Source: a candidate division FCPU426 bacterium (lineage in GTDB: Bacteria; Oederibacteriota; Muellerivitia; Muellerivitales; Muellerivitaceae). Taken from it: a stretch of DNA of 64,000 nt. Of the stretch, positions 32,874 to 43,206 are shown one piece after another. The stretch is taken from the NCBI GenBank assembly GCA_963719085.1, contig CAVRAL010000001.1, forward strand, positions 1,216,001 through 1,280,000, written 5' to 3'. The translations under genes were made by a program, and so were the position numbers. Numbering within the stretch: position 1 is the first letter of the stretch; every line of letters starts with the position of its first letter. Under the pieces are notes generated by a model, which saw only the letters and a program-made list of their open reading frames with translations, did no database searches and was not told the DNA's origin.

Positions 32874-33427
32874 AAGCCGCTTCAGAGACGTCCACTTTTC
32901 CTCGAAAGACGTGAAAAAGGATCCGTCACGGATCCCTTAAAAAGCCTTTTAGGGACCCGGCTCCCCGGCCTTTTTTAAGCCCCAGTCCTTAAGTTGTTAT
33001 TCATCAGGCGGAATAAAAGAACCGTTGAATAGGCCCTTGGACGGGACTAAGTTCCACCGTGAATATTAAATTTTCCGGAAGAAGATTGGGTCTTTTAGGC
33101 GTTTTTGCATTTGAAGGCATTTTTTTTGAATGATTTTTAAAGGTCGCAAGCATCGAGACCCGCGGCCTTTTTGCTTTTCACGCTCTTGAACGACCTTTTT
33201 TCTTACCCCTTGCTCCAATGAAACAATCGCCCGAGAGCTTCTCAAACTCCGTTGAGCCTCGGAGGCCTCTGTTCGGCGAAGACCGGAGACCCTCGGCGAT
33301 CGTTCGCGAAGGCTGGTCCAGATGACAATTCGATCCAGCGTCGCATTTTAAAAGGGTTTTTAACTTGTTTCAGAGGTCCACTTGAAGACCTCAAGTAAAT
33401 CTTCGGGGTTGAAAGTCGGCCTTCGAA

Positions 33428-34171
33428 TCAACCTTTTGTCAAAACTTCCTTCAGGGACCGCCAATGAGACCCCATCGGGTGCCGCCAATAACGCCCTCGT
33501 TTCCAAAAAACCCGAAAGCCTCGCGCCGAAGGCTTACTGGTGATGACCCGGCACTTCTCGCCTACCACCTCGAACGCCGCGCAGTTGTCCAAAGCGATCG
33601 CCATACCCGGAAAAAACCGGGTCATCCGTTTAAGCTCAGGCTCCCGGTCCTTTTCCACGTTGTAGTGGGGGCAAACCATGGCGTCCAGAAGCCCTAAGCC
33701 CGTCACCTTGATCAGTTTCGCCTTTGGGTTTTTATATTTACGGGAATCCGAATTCCCTAAGCGGAACCAGCAGAGGGCGCCGGCGCTCGTCCCGCAAAGG
33801 ACCTTTCCCCGGTTTCCCGCTTGAATGAGAAGCCGGTCGAGCCCCAGCCTTTTCCACAGTCCCATCATTTTCAGGGTGTTGCCCCCGCCCACATAAATGA
33901 TATCCGCGCGGGCGACCCTTTTTTGAATCACGCGAAAGGCTGGCGGCGCCTTCCAAAGAAGGAGGCTTTCCACCCAGCAGCCTAATTTTCGAAAATGGGC
34001 CTCCACGGCCCGGACATAGGCCCTATCATCGCCGCTGGCCGTGGGCAGAAACAAGAGATGCGGATGGACTTTCCCGCTGAGCTTTAGAATTTCCCGGCTG
34101 ATGGGGGTCACTTCGGGCTTGGCGGCGCCAAAACCAACGCTTCCACCGCCGATGGCGATTATTTTTCGCAT
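33428..34171 (-). CDS. Peptidase E / S51 family
   Basis: IAIGGG, FLPTASGD, YVGGGNT, GTSAGA, CPHY. Confidence 0.9.
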   Translation of the reverse strand: MRKIIAIGGGSVGFGAAKPEVTPISREILKLSGKVHPHLLFLPTASGDDRAYVRAVEAHFRKLGCWVESLLLWKAPPAFRVIQKRVARADIIYVGGGNTLKMMGLWKRLGLDRLLIQAGNRGKVLCGTSAGALCWFRLGNSDSRKYKNPKAKLIKVTGLGLLDAMVCPHYNVEKDREPELKRMTRFFPGMAIALDNCAAFEVVGEKCRVITSKPSARGFRVFWKRGRYWRHPMGSHWRSLKEVLTKG

Positions 34172-34179
34172 AAGCCTCT

Positions 34180-34617
34180 TTAAGCGTTGGGCTTTTGCGA
34201 CCGACGCCAGCGGAGCCAATAGGGCCACCCCAGAGTGAACAGGGACAAAAGGACCGCGAAAAGGGAGAGACTATCTGAAAAGGTCCAGCCTTCCGCGGGG
34301 GCCCAGGGACCGGCGCGTTTAATGCGGTTCACAAATTCCCTCAAATCGGGATTATGGGGATTCAGTTTGAGGCTCAGTTCCATGTCCAGCAGGGCTTCGG
34401 TACGGTTCGAGGACTGGTAATAGGCCTCCCCCATAAATTGATAGGCCTGCCAATAGTCGGGCCGCTCCTGCAAAGCCGCCTGAAAATACTGGATGGCTTT
34501 TTCATTGTCCCCCTGTTTAAAAAGACCGAGCCCCGCGTTGAAATAATCCTCGGCCATGCCCGCGAAGGCCGCCGACGGAAGGCCGATCAAGATCAGAAAT
34601 CCCAATATCTTTTTCAT
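34180..34617 (-). CDS. Exported TPR protein with C-terminal membrane anchor
   Basis: Signal peptide, two TPR repeats, C-terminal TM followed by basic residues. Confidence 0.75.
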   Translation of the reverse strand: MKKILGFLILIGLPSAAFAGMAEDYFNAGLGLFKQGDNEKAIQYFQAALQERPDYWQAYQFMGEAYYQSSNRTEALLDMELSLKLNPHNPDLREFVNRIKRAGPWAPAEGWTFSDSLSLFAVLLSLFTLGWPYWLRWRRSQKPNA

Positions 34618-34702
34618 GTCAACCCCATGATTAAATTTGAAAAACAACGTGACGATTATAAGGATTTGGCCTTTTGTTGGGGAAGAAAGTCGTCGGGGAG
34701 AG

Positions 34703-35188
34703 TCAGTGTTCGGCCAGGACCTTTTCCACGTCCGGCGCGATGGCTTCCGGCGTGTCCGTGGGCGCGTAGCGGCGCAGGGGCTGCCCCTTTGGGTCCACCA
34801 GAAACTTGGTGAAGTTCCATGGGAGGTCCTCCGTCCCCGCGATTCCAGGCAAGGCCCGCTTCAAATAAGCGTAAAGGGGATGGGCGGAGTCGCCGTTCAC
34901 GTCAATTTTGCTGAAAAGCGGAAAGGTAACCCCATAGTTTAAGTCGCAAAAGCTTTGGATTTCGTCCTCCGAACCCGGTTCCTGGGCCCCGAACTGGTTG
35001 CAGGGAAACCCTAAAATCTCAAAACCTTGGGACCGGAGTTTTTGATAAAGCGCCTCCAGCCCCCGGTATTGGGGCGTAAAGCCGCAGTGGCTGGCCACAT
35101 TCACGATCAAAAGAACCTTGCCCTGATAATCCGACAGCTTGACTTCTGTTCCCTTGATCGATCGAACCTTGTAATCGTAAACGCTCAT
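34703..35188 (-). CDS. Cys-type glutathione peroxidase
   Basis: VNVASHCGFT, FPCNQF, WNFTKFL. Confidence 0.95.
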   Translation of the reverse strand: MSVYDYKVRSIKGTEVKLSDYQGKVLLIVNVASHCGFTPQYRGLEALYQKLRSQGFEILGFPCNQFGAQEPGSEDEIQSFCDLNYGVTFPLFSKIDVNGDSAHPLYAYLKRALPGIAGTEDLPWNFTKFLVDPKGQPLRRYAPTDTPEAIAPDVEKVLAEH

Positions 35189-35209
35189 GGAAGACTCCTC
35201 GCCTAAAAA

Positions 35210-36931
35210 TCAGTCGACGGCCAATGGAATCGATAAGGTAAAACAGGAACCCTTGCCCTTTTCACTCTCCACCCAAATATCGCCCTGCTGGGCCTTCATA
35301 AAATTCTTAGCCACATAAAGCCCCAGACCGGCGCCGGCCCGGGAAGCTTCGGTGCCTAAAACCCTTTTCTGGGAAAAAAGCTGGGCCAAGGCGGCGTCGC
35401 TCATTCCGGTGCCCGTATCGGCGATCTTGAGTTCCACCTGACCCTTCACCACCCGGGCCGAAAGGGTGATGCCGCCCTTGTCGGTAAACTTAAGCGCGTT
35501 ACTCACCAAATTCCTCAACGTTTCCACTAATTTATCCCGGTCGGCCGTCACAAACACACCATAAGGCACGCCTTCTTTGGACAGGCTCAGGCCCTTGCGC
35601 TGAATGGTTCTTTCGTAATCCCGCAGGGCCATTTGAACCACCGCGGCGATCTCGCATTTTTCCAAATTAACCGCCACGAGCCCCCGGTCAATTTTAGAAA
35701 GACTTAAAAGATCCGAGATCAGGCGGAAGTTGTCCATGCCGATCTCCCGCATATCCATCAAATAGTCTTTTTGCCTGGCATTCAAGGGTCCGGCTAGACC
35801 GTCCACCATGTTCTCGATATAGCCGTTGATTTCCGCCACCGGGGTCTTGAGTTGGTGGGACACGATGGAGATCAGGCTGTATTTCATCTCCTCGATTTGT
35901 TTGCGCTCCGTGATGTCGCCAAATACCGACATGGCGTATAAAATTTCGCCGTTCACATCCCGTACCGGCGTGCCCCAAACCTGCAAAGGAACCACGGTCC
36001 CATCGGGCCGATGGACTTCCACGTCCTCAATTGAGGTGCTCTCCCCTTGCCAGGCCCGGACGATGGCCAGCTTTTCTTCCGGATACAGTTCTTTCGTTCC
36101 TTGCCGGTAGGCCTGTAAAAATAAAGCCGTGGAATCCCGGACTTCCCCTACGATGGTTCGGCCTAAAAGTTCTTTCCCTTTCCGGTTCAGGTAATAGGGC
36201 TGTTGGTTTTTGTCGACGATCAAAATACCCAGGGGAACCGCCTCCAGGAACTGAAAAAGCCGATGCTCATTCAACATGAGCATTTTCTGAAACTCGGCCC
36301 TTTTACCCGTCTCCCGCAGGACCATCCGGAAGGCCAACGCGCAAATCAATAGAGCCGCCGCCCCGCTGGCCAAGATGATCGCCAGAACACGGCCGGTGTC
36401 GGCTTCCTCGACTCTTTTACGTCGATCCAAAAGGTTTCGTTCCAAATCAACCACCGACCGGACAGACTCATCGATCTTTTGCGTTAGTTTTAAATTGTCC
36501 AGACTGTTGGAAAGATCAAACGCCTTTTTGAATTTCCCTTTGCCGCACAGGTCAATCCCCGCTTGGATATCCGCCATCCTTTGCCGAACCAGGACCTCGA
36601 CCTGGGCTAAGTTCTCTATTTGCTCCGAATTATCCGCGACCAAACTTTTAACCTCGGTCAAATCGGCCAGGGTGATCCCGGCGCCGGCCCGGTAGCGTTT
36701 CAAATCCTCGGGGTCCCGAAGCAAAAGATAGGCCCGGTATTGGACCAAGGCCTTGCGCAAATCCAAGACGATCCGCTGGGTCCCATCAATGACCGTCATC
36801 GAATGGCGCACCCACCTGGTGGAGTCTTCCAATCGGGTGATGCTGATATAAGAAAGGCAGCTGATTAAAAAAAGCGCCAGGAGGGATCCGCTAAAACCCA
36901 GGATGATTTTACGTCGAATAGTGAGCGTCAT
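35210..36931 (-). CDS. CHASE3-PAS sensor histidine kinase
   Basis: TM-CHASE3-TM, PAS/PAC (DITERK), SHQLKTP, NALKFT, DTG.G, GLGL; no response regulator adjacent. Confidence 0.92.
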   Translation of the reverse strand: MTLTIRRKIILGFSGSLLALFLISCLSYISITRLEDSTRWVRHSMTVIDGTQRIVLDLRKALVQYRAYLLLRDPEDLKRYRAGAGITLADLTEVKSLVADNSEQIENLAQVEVLVRQRMADIQAGIDLCGKGKFKKAFDLSNSLDNLKLTQKIDESVRSVVDLERNLLDRRKRVEEADTGRVLAIILASGAAALLICALAFRMVLRETGKRAEFQKMLMLNEHRLFQFLEAVPLGILIVDKNQQPYYLNRKGKELLGRTIVGEVRDSTALFLQAYRQGTKELYPEEKLAIVRAWQGESTSIEDVEVHRPDGTVVPLQVWGTPVRDVNGEILYAMSVFGDITERKQIEEMKYSLISIVSHQLKTPVAEINGYIENMVDGLAGPLNARQKDYLMDMREIGMDNFRLISDLLSLSKIDRGLVAVNLEKCEIAAVVQMALRDYERTIQRKGLSLSKEGVPYGVFVTADRDKLVETLRNLVSNALKFTDKGGITLSARVVKGQVELKIADTGTGMSDAALAQLFSQKRVLGTEASRAGAGLGLYVAKNFMKAQQGDIWVESEKGKGSCFTLSIPLAVD

Positions 36932-37157
36932 GACTTCCTTTAGGTGTCGGTTGATATTACCGCATTCTATCAAACCCCATCCTGGCTTAAAAAACTCAAT
37001 CAAAAGACAAAACAGCCGATTTCATGGGGTTTAGCCCCGGTTTTGAAATACCCCTATCGCGGCCCCAAGCACGCCCCGAATTTTGATTAGACAAAAAACA
37101 ATGGATGCGGATCTATCCCACGAGTCTTGGAGCTTAAACTTTTTCAGGAGGATGAGG

Positions 37158-37391
37158 ATGCGACAAACGGACTATGTTTGGGGAATTTTCGGGGCCGCCC
37201 TTTTATCCATACCCTTTGGATTGATTTGGAACCACTTGGCGCCCCTTTACTTTTATCAACTGCCGGCGCTTTATCAACGGCTTCCCTTTTGGCATTGGAT
37301 GGGGCTTTTCGTCTTAGTGGCCATTCTGCGGACCCTGTTGTTTCCAGTCGGCCCGCCCGTCTGGGACTTTAAAAAACGCTTCAAGGACTGA
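37158..37391 (+). CDS. Small two-TM membrane protein
   Basis: ATG after GGAGG/GAGG; two hydrophobic segments. Confidence 0.5.
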   Translation: MRQTDYVWGIFGAALLSIPFGLIWNHLAPLYFYQLPALYQRLPFWHWMGLFVLVAILRTLLFPVGPPVWDFKKRFKD

Positions 37392-39486
37392 CACTCGGCC
37401 TTAAATCATACAAAACAAGTGAATTGTTTCGGCGTCCCCCACCGGTCCATCCGCCCGTCGCCGTCTCAATCGCCCGCGGGGATTGGGTCAAACGCCGGGA
37501 TGGTGGATCCGACCACCAAAGGGATTTTTTAACCGGCTTTCCATGCGCCTTCGCCCATCGGACGATGTCCGCTTGAAACCCGCCGCGAGGGCCGCCCCAA
37601 CCCGCCGGCCTTCCGGCCGGGTGAACCCTTCGTCCGCCGGAACCCGATTCCTGGATCAATAGGTATCGCAAATCACCGTCCCGGACCATTTGGGCGAATT
37701 GGGCGGCGGTCACAATCGGATCCGATCCCATGAACCCGCCTAATGCCACAAGGGGCTTCCCGGTTTGTATGATGATCGACGATATCAGCTGGCTGTTCGG
37801 GGCCGCCAGGAGGTATTTTTCACCCCGAGCGCGGGCCTCGAGAAACGCCAATAATTTCCCTGAATTCATCACGCGCCTAAACCCCGTGCGCGCGCCCTCT
37901 CCCGTCAAGAGATCGGGATTGGCCTCCACCGAGTTCCCGTCCCCCACAACCGGCGTCAAAGCCCATAAAGCCGGACAGATCAAAAGCCCGACCAGCGACA
38001 TCGCGAAAAAAACCGCGGCCCAAGAACGAAAAAGACCGATTCGAACCGAATGGGAAACCCATAAACCCGCCACCGCGATTCCCACCAGGATCCAGACCAT
38101 CGGGAGAATCAAACCCCGCCAATCCGGGTACTGGACCACGATGAAGCTTTGCCAAGCCGCCGTCAACGCTAAAACCGCCGTCAAAATGCCATTCGACTTT
38201 TTCCCCCCGGTTCGACACTCTTTCCAAAAAGCCCAGGCTCCAATCCCCGTCAAAGCCGCCGTGGCCGGCATCAGCAAGACCAAATAATAAGTATGCATGG
38301 CGCCTTGCATAAAACTCAAAACCAGCGCGTAGGCCGACAGCCAACCCACCCACAACCCCAAGGCCTGGTGCGCCGGCGCCCATCGAAGCTTTTGCGCGGA
38401 TCGGGCTTGCCGGAAAGCCGCCCCAAGGCCGGCCAATCCCAAGGGTAGAAGCCAAGCAAACTGCCCCGCCATTTGTTTTTCGGTCAACCGAAAGGGTCCC
38501 GGATCGCCGGCGCCCATCCCCATTCTTCCGTTTCTCTCCCGTCCCGGCGCCCCGGCAATTCCCGCCGCGGTGGAAACCCCGGCTTGATCCGCCCCGCTTT
38601 TCTCCAGTGGACCCGGATCTTTGCCGAAGCCCCGGCCCCGGTTCAGTAATCTTTGAAAGCCGTTCCAGCCCAAAGAAAGCCCAATCATGGAATTGTCGCG
38701 GCTGCTTCCCACATAGGGCCTTTGGGAAGGGGGGGTTAAATCCACGGCCAGGGGCCAAGACAGGGACACAAAAGCCAAAACTAGCGACGCGATTAACAAA
38801 TGTCCCGTCCGCCGCTTCCAACCGAGCGGCGCGGTGAAAAAATAAAGCGCGTAAAAAACAGGCAAAATAATAAAAGCGGCCATCATCTTGGTGTTGAACC
38901 CCACTCCCGCCAAAGCCATGGCCGCCAACAGATATTTCAACTCCCCTTTTTCGAACGCCAAGCTCATGGCCCCGGCCGATAAAAGCAGGACCAAAATTAA
39001 ACAGCTATCCACGTTATTGTAACGGTCCACGGCCACGCAAACCGGTCCCAGGGCCATCACTAACGCGGCCAGAAGGGCGGCCCCGGCCTCAAAGCGCCTG
39101 CGAACTAATCCATAAACCAAAGCCACCGAGGCGCATCCTTCCAATACTTGGGGCAAGATCAGGCTGAAACCCGAGTAGCCCAACCACCGCGCGCTGAGTG
39201 CCTGGAGCCAAAGCGCCACCGGCGGCTTGTCCACCGACACGAAACCCGCGGGATCAAACGAGACAAAGAAAAAATTATGCCAGCTCATCAGCATGCTGCG
39301 AACGGCCGCCGCGTAATAAGGATTCCCGGTTCCATTTTGGGAGAGATTCCAAAACCGTAAAAAAGCCGCCAATAGCAGGATCAGAACCAGCGCGGTTTTC
39401 TCGGCAAGGGTGGAAAAACCGGGGGTGGACCCGGGTTCACTCTTGGCGGGTTCGACAAAAAGAGACGTGGAGACGGTTGATTCCAT
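37381..39486 (-). CDS. GT-C fold glycosyltransferase (PMT_2/ArnT/YkcB-like)
   Basis: N.YYAAAV.SM..SWHNFFF.SFDP.GFVSVDKPP, R.NN.D, GFNTKM, RPYVGSS..NS, GGF.GSDP; Gly-rich inserts. Confidence 0.88.
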   Translation of the reverse strand: MESTVSTSLFVEPAKSEPGSTPGFSTLAEKTALVLILLLAAFLRFWNLSQNGTGNPYYAAAVRSMLMSWHNFFFVSFDPAGFVSVDKPPVALWLQALSARWLGYSGFSLILPQVLEGCASVALVYGLVRRRFEAGAALLAALVMALGPVCVAVDRYNNVDSCLILVLLLSAGAMSLAFEKGELKYLLAAMALAGVGFNTKMMAAFIILPVFYALYFFTAPLGWKRRTGHLLIASLVLAFVSLSWPLAVDLTPPSQRPYVGSSRDNSMIGLSLGWNGFQRLLNRGRGFGKDPGPLEKSGADQAGVSTAAGIAGAPGRERNGRMGMGAGDPGPFRLTEKQMAGQFAWLLPLGLAGLGAAFRQARSAQKLRWAPAHQALGLWVGWLSAYALVLSFMQGAMHTYYLVLLMPATAALTGIGAWAFWKECRTGGKKSNGILTAVLALTAAWQSFIVVQYPDWRGLILPMVWILVGIAVAGLWVSHSVRIGLFRSWAAVFFAMSLVGLLICPALWALTPVVGDGNSVEANPDLLTGEGARTGFRRVMNSGKLLAFLEARARGEKYLLAAPNSQLISSIIIQTGKPLVALGGFMGSDPIVTAAQFAQMVRDGDLRYLLIQESGSGGRRVHPAGRPAGWGGPRGGFQADIVRWAKAHGKPVKKSLWWSDPPSRRLTQSPRAIETATGGWTGGGRRNNSLVLYDLRPSVSP

Positions 39487-39667
39487 GGCCCTATAGACGC
39501 CGATCTCCCGCGCTTTGTGTCTTCCATCCCCACGCCCGGTTTGTACGTCCAACCGGTCGGGAACCTTTTGTCTTTGGGCCCGTTCCCACCGGCGAAACTT
39601 TTAAGAAGCCGCTCACGTCTAACCATCGAGTGGTAAAAAAAATCATCTTTTTCAACGGAGGTCGTTC

Positions 39668-40264
39668 ATGAAAAAATTAACCGGGTTTCTACTGGCAGGA
39701 AGCTTAACCTTTGGTCTTCCTTTTTTGGCTTTGGCCCAAGATCAAGACACCGCGCCCACGGATACGGCGGCGGCAGCCCAATCGGCCCCCGACCATCCTT
39801 CCAAGGGCCATTGGGATAACGCCCGCCACGGCGGCTGGAAAGGCCAAGACCGCTTCAAAGAAAAATACGCGCTGACGGACGATCAATCCGCCAAGCTCAA
39901 AGATCTTTTCAAATCACACCGGGAAGAAATGAGGCCCTTGAGGGAAAAAATGAGGGTCGAGATCGACACCCTGCGACTCGACGTTGATTCAAACGCCTCC
40001 GAGTCCCAATTGAAGGCCGCTTTGGATAAACTCTCGGCGGATAAAAAGACCTTGGAAGCTTCCAATGAGAGCTTCAAGGGAAAATTGCGGGCCATCCTGA
40101 CCCCCAAGCAACAGGCCCAAATGCTATTGGCGATGGGAGGCCGTTTCCAAGGCGGCTGGGGAGGTCATTTCCGGGGAGGCCGGGGCGCCATGGGACAGGG
40201 TTTCGGGCAGGACAAGCCTTCGGATGACGCTCAATCGCCGGCCGACACTTCCACCCAACCGTAA
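39668..40264 (+). CDS. Spy/CpxP-family periplasmic protein
   Basis: Signal peptide; LTDDQ and LTPKQ (LTxxQ) motifs. Confidence 0.85.
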   Translation: MKKLTGFLLAGSLTFGLPFLALAQDQDTAPTDTAAAAQSAPDHPSKGHWDNARHGGWKGQDRFKEKYALTDDQSAKLKDLFKSHREEMRPLREKMRVEIDTLRLDVDSNASESQLKAALDKLSADKKTLEASNESFKGKLRAILTPKQQAQMLLAMGGRFQGGWGGHFRGGRGAMGQGFGQDKPSDDAQSPADTSTQP

Positions 40265-40280
40265 TCCACACTCCAGCGGC

Positions 40281-40316
40281 GGCCCGTCGTATTTTTTACG
40301 GCGGGCCTTTTTTATT
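40281..40316 (+). terminator. Intrinsic terminator
   Basis: GCCCGTCGTA-TTTTT-TACGGCGGGC stem followed by a T tract. Confidence 0.7.
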
Positions 40317-40423
40317 TCCCCATCCACCACCCCGGCCGCGAAATTCAATTTTCAACCGTTTTTAGGCTTGTTTTTGGCCCGAAGGCCCTTATCCTTACCC
40401 TTCCATTTCCATCAAGGACCTTT

Positions 40424-42259
40424 ATGAGTATCCTGCTGAGCTGTCAAAATCTTTCCAAAAGCTACGGCCACCGGCCCCTATTTGAAAACCTATCCTTCGG
40501 CCTTTTCGAGGGCGAACGAACCGGCCTCATCGGTCCCAACGGCTCAGGGAAGTCGACCCTCATTAAGATACTAGCCGGACTGGAAAAATCGGACTCCGGC
40601 GTGCTTTCGGTCCGCAAAGGTCTTCGGGTCGGCTATTTGGCCCAACAGGATCATTTCGCCGAGGAAGCGGAAGGGTTGGATGTGCAAGGCGCCCTTCGCC
40701 GCGCGCTGGAAGGGCTGGGGTTGGAAGATTATGAGATCGACATTCGGGTGGACTCGGGGCTGGAAGACGCGGGTTTCACCGATCCCACCCAGTTGGTTTC
40801 CAAACTTTCAGGCGGTTGGCGCAAGCGGCTGGCGATTTTAGCCCAAGTTTTGCGCGAGCCCGACCTGCTTTTGCTTGATGAGCCCACCAACCACCTGGAC
40901 CTGGAAGCCGTGCTTTGGCTTGAGAACTACATGGAAACCCTGAACTTCTCCTTCCTCGTGGTCACCCATGACCGCCGTTTTCTGGAAAAGGTCGCCAACC
41001 GGATCATCGAGCTGAACAAGCAATATCCGGAAGGGTACTTCAGCAACTCCGGGAACTACAGCCAGTTTCTCGAGAAGCGGGAAAATCTTTTTAACTCCCA
41101 GGCCCAACGGGAAGACACCGTGGCCAATACCGTGCGCCGGGAAATCGAGTGGCTGCGCCGGGGCCCCAAGGCCCGCCAAACCAAACAACAGGCCCGCATC
41201 GACCGGGCCGGGGATTTGATGGGCGAGTTGGACGAGTTGAAGTACCGCAATTCCCAGGGTAAAAATGTCGATATCGACTTTTCGGGAAGCGGCCGGCAAA
41301 CCCAGCGCCTGGTGGCCGCCGATAAGGTGGTCAAAAGCCTGGGCGGGCGCAAGCTCTTCGGGCCGCTGGATCTTTTAATGACTCCCGGCGACAAGCTGGG
41401 CCTTTTAGGTTCCAACGGCAGCGGCAAAAGCACCCTGTTAAAACTATTGGCCGCGAAAATCCAGCCCGATTCGGGCACAGTCAAACAAGCCGATAAATTA
41501 CGCATCGTGATGTTCGACCAGCACCGGGACCAGCTGGAGCTGGACCAGCCCTTGCGCAAAGCGCTTTGCGAAAGCGGCGATTATGTACATTACAAGGGCC
41601 AGCCCATCCATGTGGCCAGCTGGGCCGCCCGCTTCCTGTTCTCCAAAGATCAATTGGACCGGCGCCTGCGGGAATTCTCCGGCGGCGAGCAGTCCCGCGT
41701 CCTGATCGCGCGGCTGATGCTCAAGCCCGCCGATCTTCTTTTCCTGGACGAACCCACGAACGACTTGGATATTCCCTCCTTGGAAGTCTTGGAGCAAAGC
41801 CTGACCGAATTCCCCGGAGCCTTGGTGCTGGTCACCCACGACCGTTATCTTTTGGACCGGGTCAGCAAAAATATTTTGGCCCTGGACGGCAAGGGCAACG
41901 CTGACTTTTTCGCCGATTTGGCCCAATGGGAAGCGTTTAGGGAAAATGAGATCGCCAAAGAAAAGAACAAGGGCAAGAGCCCGGCACCGGTGACCGCCGT
42001 GGCTTCCCCGGTTTCGGCGCCCCAAAAGAGCGCCCTCACCGCGAAGGAAGAAAAAGAACTGAAGGGCATGGACGCTTCCCTGCAAGCCGCCGAGACGGCC
42101 TTGAAAGCCGCCAAGGCCAAACTGGAAGACCCGTCGATTGCCGCCAACGTTTCCAAGCTATTGGAAAACCAAAAAGCCGTTGACGCCGAAAAAGCCAAAT
42201 TGGAAACCTTGATGAAACGCTGGGAAGAATTGGAAGCCAAGAAAAGCCAAAACGCCTAA
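40424..42259 (+). CDS. uup: ABC-F family ATPase, Uup-like
   Basis: Two ABC domains, EWLRRGPKAR.TKQ.ARI linker, C-terminal coiled coil ending RWEELE. Confidence 0.85.
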   Translation: MSILLSCQNLSKSYGHRPLFENLSFGLFEGERTGLIGPNGSGKSTLIKILAGLEKSDSGVLSVRKGLRVGYLAQQDHFAEEAEGLDVQGALRRALEGLGLEDYEIDIRVDSGLEDAGFTDPTQLVSKLSGGWRKRLAILAQVLREPDLLLLDEPTNHLDLEAVLWLENYMETLNFSFLVVTHDRRFLEKVANRIIELNKQYPEGYFSNSGNYSQFLEKRENLFNSQAQREDTVANTVRREIEWLRRGPKARQTKQQARIDRAGDLMGELDELKYRNSQGKNVDIDFSGSGRQTQRLVAADKVVKSLGGRKLFGPLDLLMTPGDKLGLLGSNGSGKSTLLKLLAAKIQPDSGTVKQADKLRIVMFDQHRDQLELDQPLRKALCESGDYVHYKGQPIHVASWAARFLFSKDQLDRRLREFSGGEQSRVLIARLMLKPADLLFLDEPTNDLDIPSLEVLEQSLTEFPGALVLVTHDRYLLDRVSKNILALDGKGNADFFADLAQWEAFRENEIAKEKNKGKSPAPVTAVASPVSAPQKSALTAKEEKELKGMDASLQAAETALKAAKAKLEDPSIAANVSKLLENQKAVDAEKAKLETLMKRWEELEAKKSQNA

Positions 42260-42316
42260 GCCACAAACCCCGCGGCCGCCGGCGGAAACAAACACCGGCC
42301 CATGACGCCACCCGAA

Positions 42317-42371
42317 GAAAGTCCGCCCGGGAAAACCCAGGGAGACGGCGTTTGGATTTTCCCGGACTTTC
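42317..42371. terminator. Long imperfect hairpin between convergent genes
   Basis: GAAAGTCCG..CGGGAAAA pairs with TTTTCCCGGACTTTC. Confidence 0.5.
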
Positions 42372-42378
42372 CCAAAAA

Positions 42379-42774
42379 CTAGGATTTAAACAATCCTTTG
42401 TAATATTTGTCCCAGTTGGCCCAAGCCAGGAAGATGGCCAAGATCACGTTCAAAATCGCGATCGGAAGACCCGACGGTTCCAAGAAACTATGGAACAATA
42501 AAATATTGACGATAATCGGGGCTAAAACCAAAAGCACCACCGGGGTGAATTGGTTGAGGATCAACAGCAATCCCATCGCCCCCTCCAAACCCTTCAGGAA
42601 TGGGAAAAAGTAACCGGAAGCCTTCAGCCCCGCGGCGAATTGTCCCATGGGCGTTGTGGTGTCAAAGGGCGGGATCTTCATGAAAAAATAACCCCAACCG
42701 AACACCAAAAAGATCAGCCCTAATAAAATCCTAGCTGCCGCCACCGCCACTCGAACCGCTTTCCCTTCTTTCAT
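42379..42774 (-). CDS. DoxX-family membrane protein
   Basis: RILLGLIFLVFG, SGY.FP.LK..E...G.LL, LAPIIVNILLFH; ATG 42774 after AGGAGG. Confidence 0.85.
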   Translation of the reverse strand: MKEGKAVRVAVAAARILLGLIFLVFGWGYFFMKIPPFDTTTPMGQFAAGLKASGYFFPFLKGLEGAMGLLLILNQFTPVVLLVLAPIIVNILLFHSFLEPSGLPIAILNVILAIFLAWANWDKYYKGLFKS

Positions 42775-42791
42775 CACCCGCCTCCTTAGAT

Positions 42792-43196
42792 TTAATCCTT
42801 TTCCTTCAGATAAAGAAATCCACCCAACCAGGCGCAAGGCAGAGCGGAAACCAACAAAACAATCGAATACCAGTGGGGCCCCAGCGGCGGGACGTGATTC
42901 CAGGTGGCCAAAGTGCCCGCCAATCCCAAAAAGAATCCCAGCGCCCCGATCACCAACGCGTGTTCCAAGGGTTTGTTCGGGGCCAGCCGCGCCGCCCAAT
43001 AACAGCCGACGACATTGAATCCCAGGCGGTAAACCGTCGGCACCCAAAAAAGGTCATCGTCCATCGGCTGGCCCCAAGGCGGAAACACGCCCAGGCGGTG
43101 CAACATTTCATCGGTTCCCAAGGACAAAACAGCGCCCGTTAAGAACCCGGCCAAGATCGCCCCCGCGCTGGGCCAAAAGTTTCCGCTTTTTTCCAT
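42792..43196 (-). CDS. Four-TM hypothetical membrane protein
   Basis: Four hydrophobic segments, ARLAP..P..HA and GP.WY motifs; within operon. Confidence 0.75.
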   Translation of the reverse strand: MEKSGNFWPSAGAILAGFLTGAVLSLGTDEMLHRLGVFPPWGQPMDDDLFWVPTVYRLGFNVVGCYWAARLAPNKPLEHALVIGALGFFLGLAGTLATWNHVPPLGPHWYSIVLLVSALPCAWLGGFLYLKEKD

Positions 43197-43206
43197 CAAG
43201 CCCGCC

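Noticed and set aside
32889..32904. RNase P RNA (GAGGAAAAGT on the minus strand)
   Set aside because: Does not match GAGGAAAGTCC and the other conserved regions are absent
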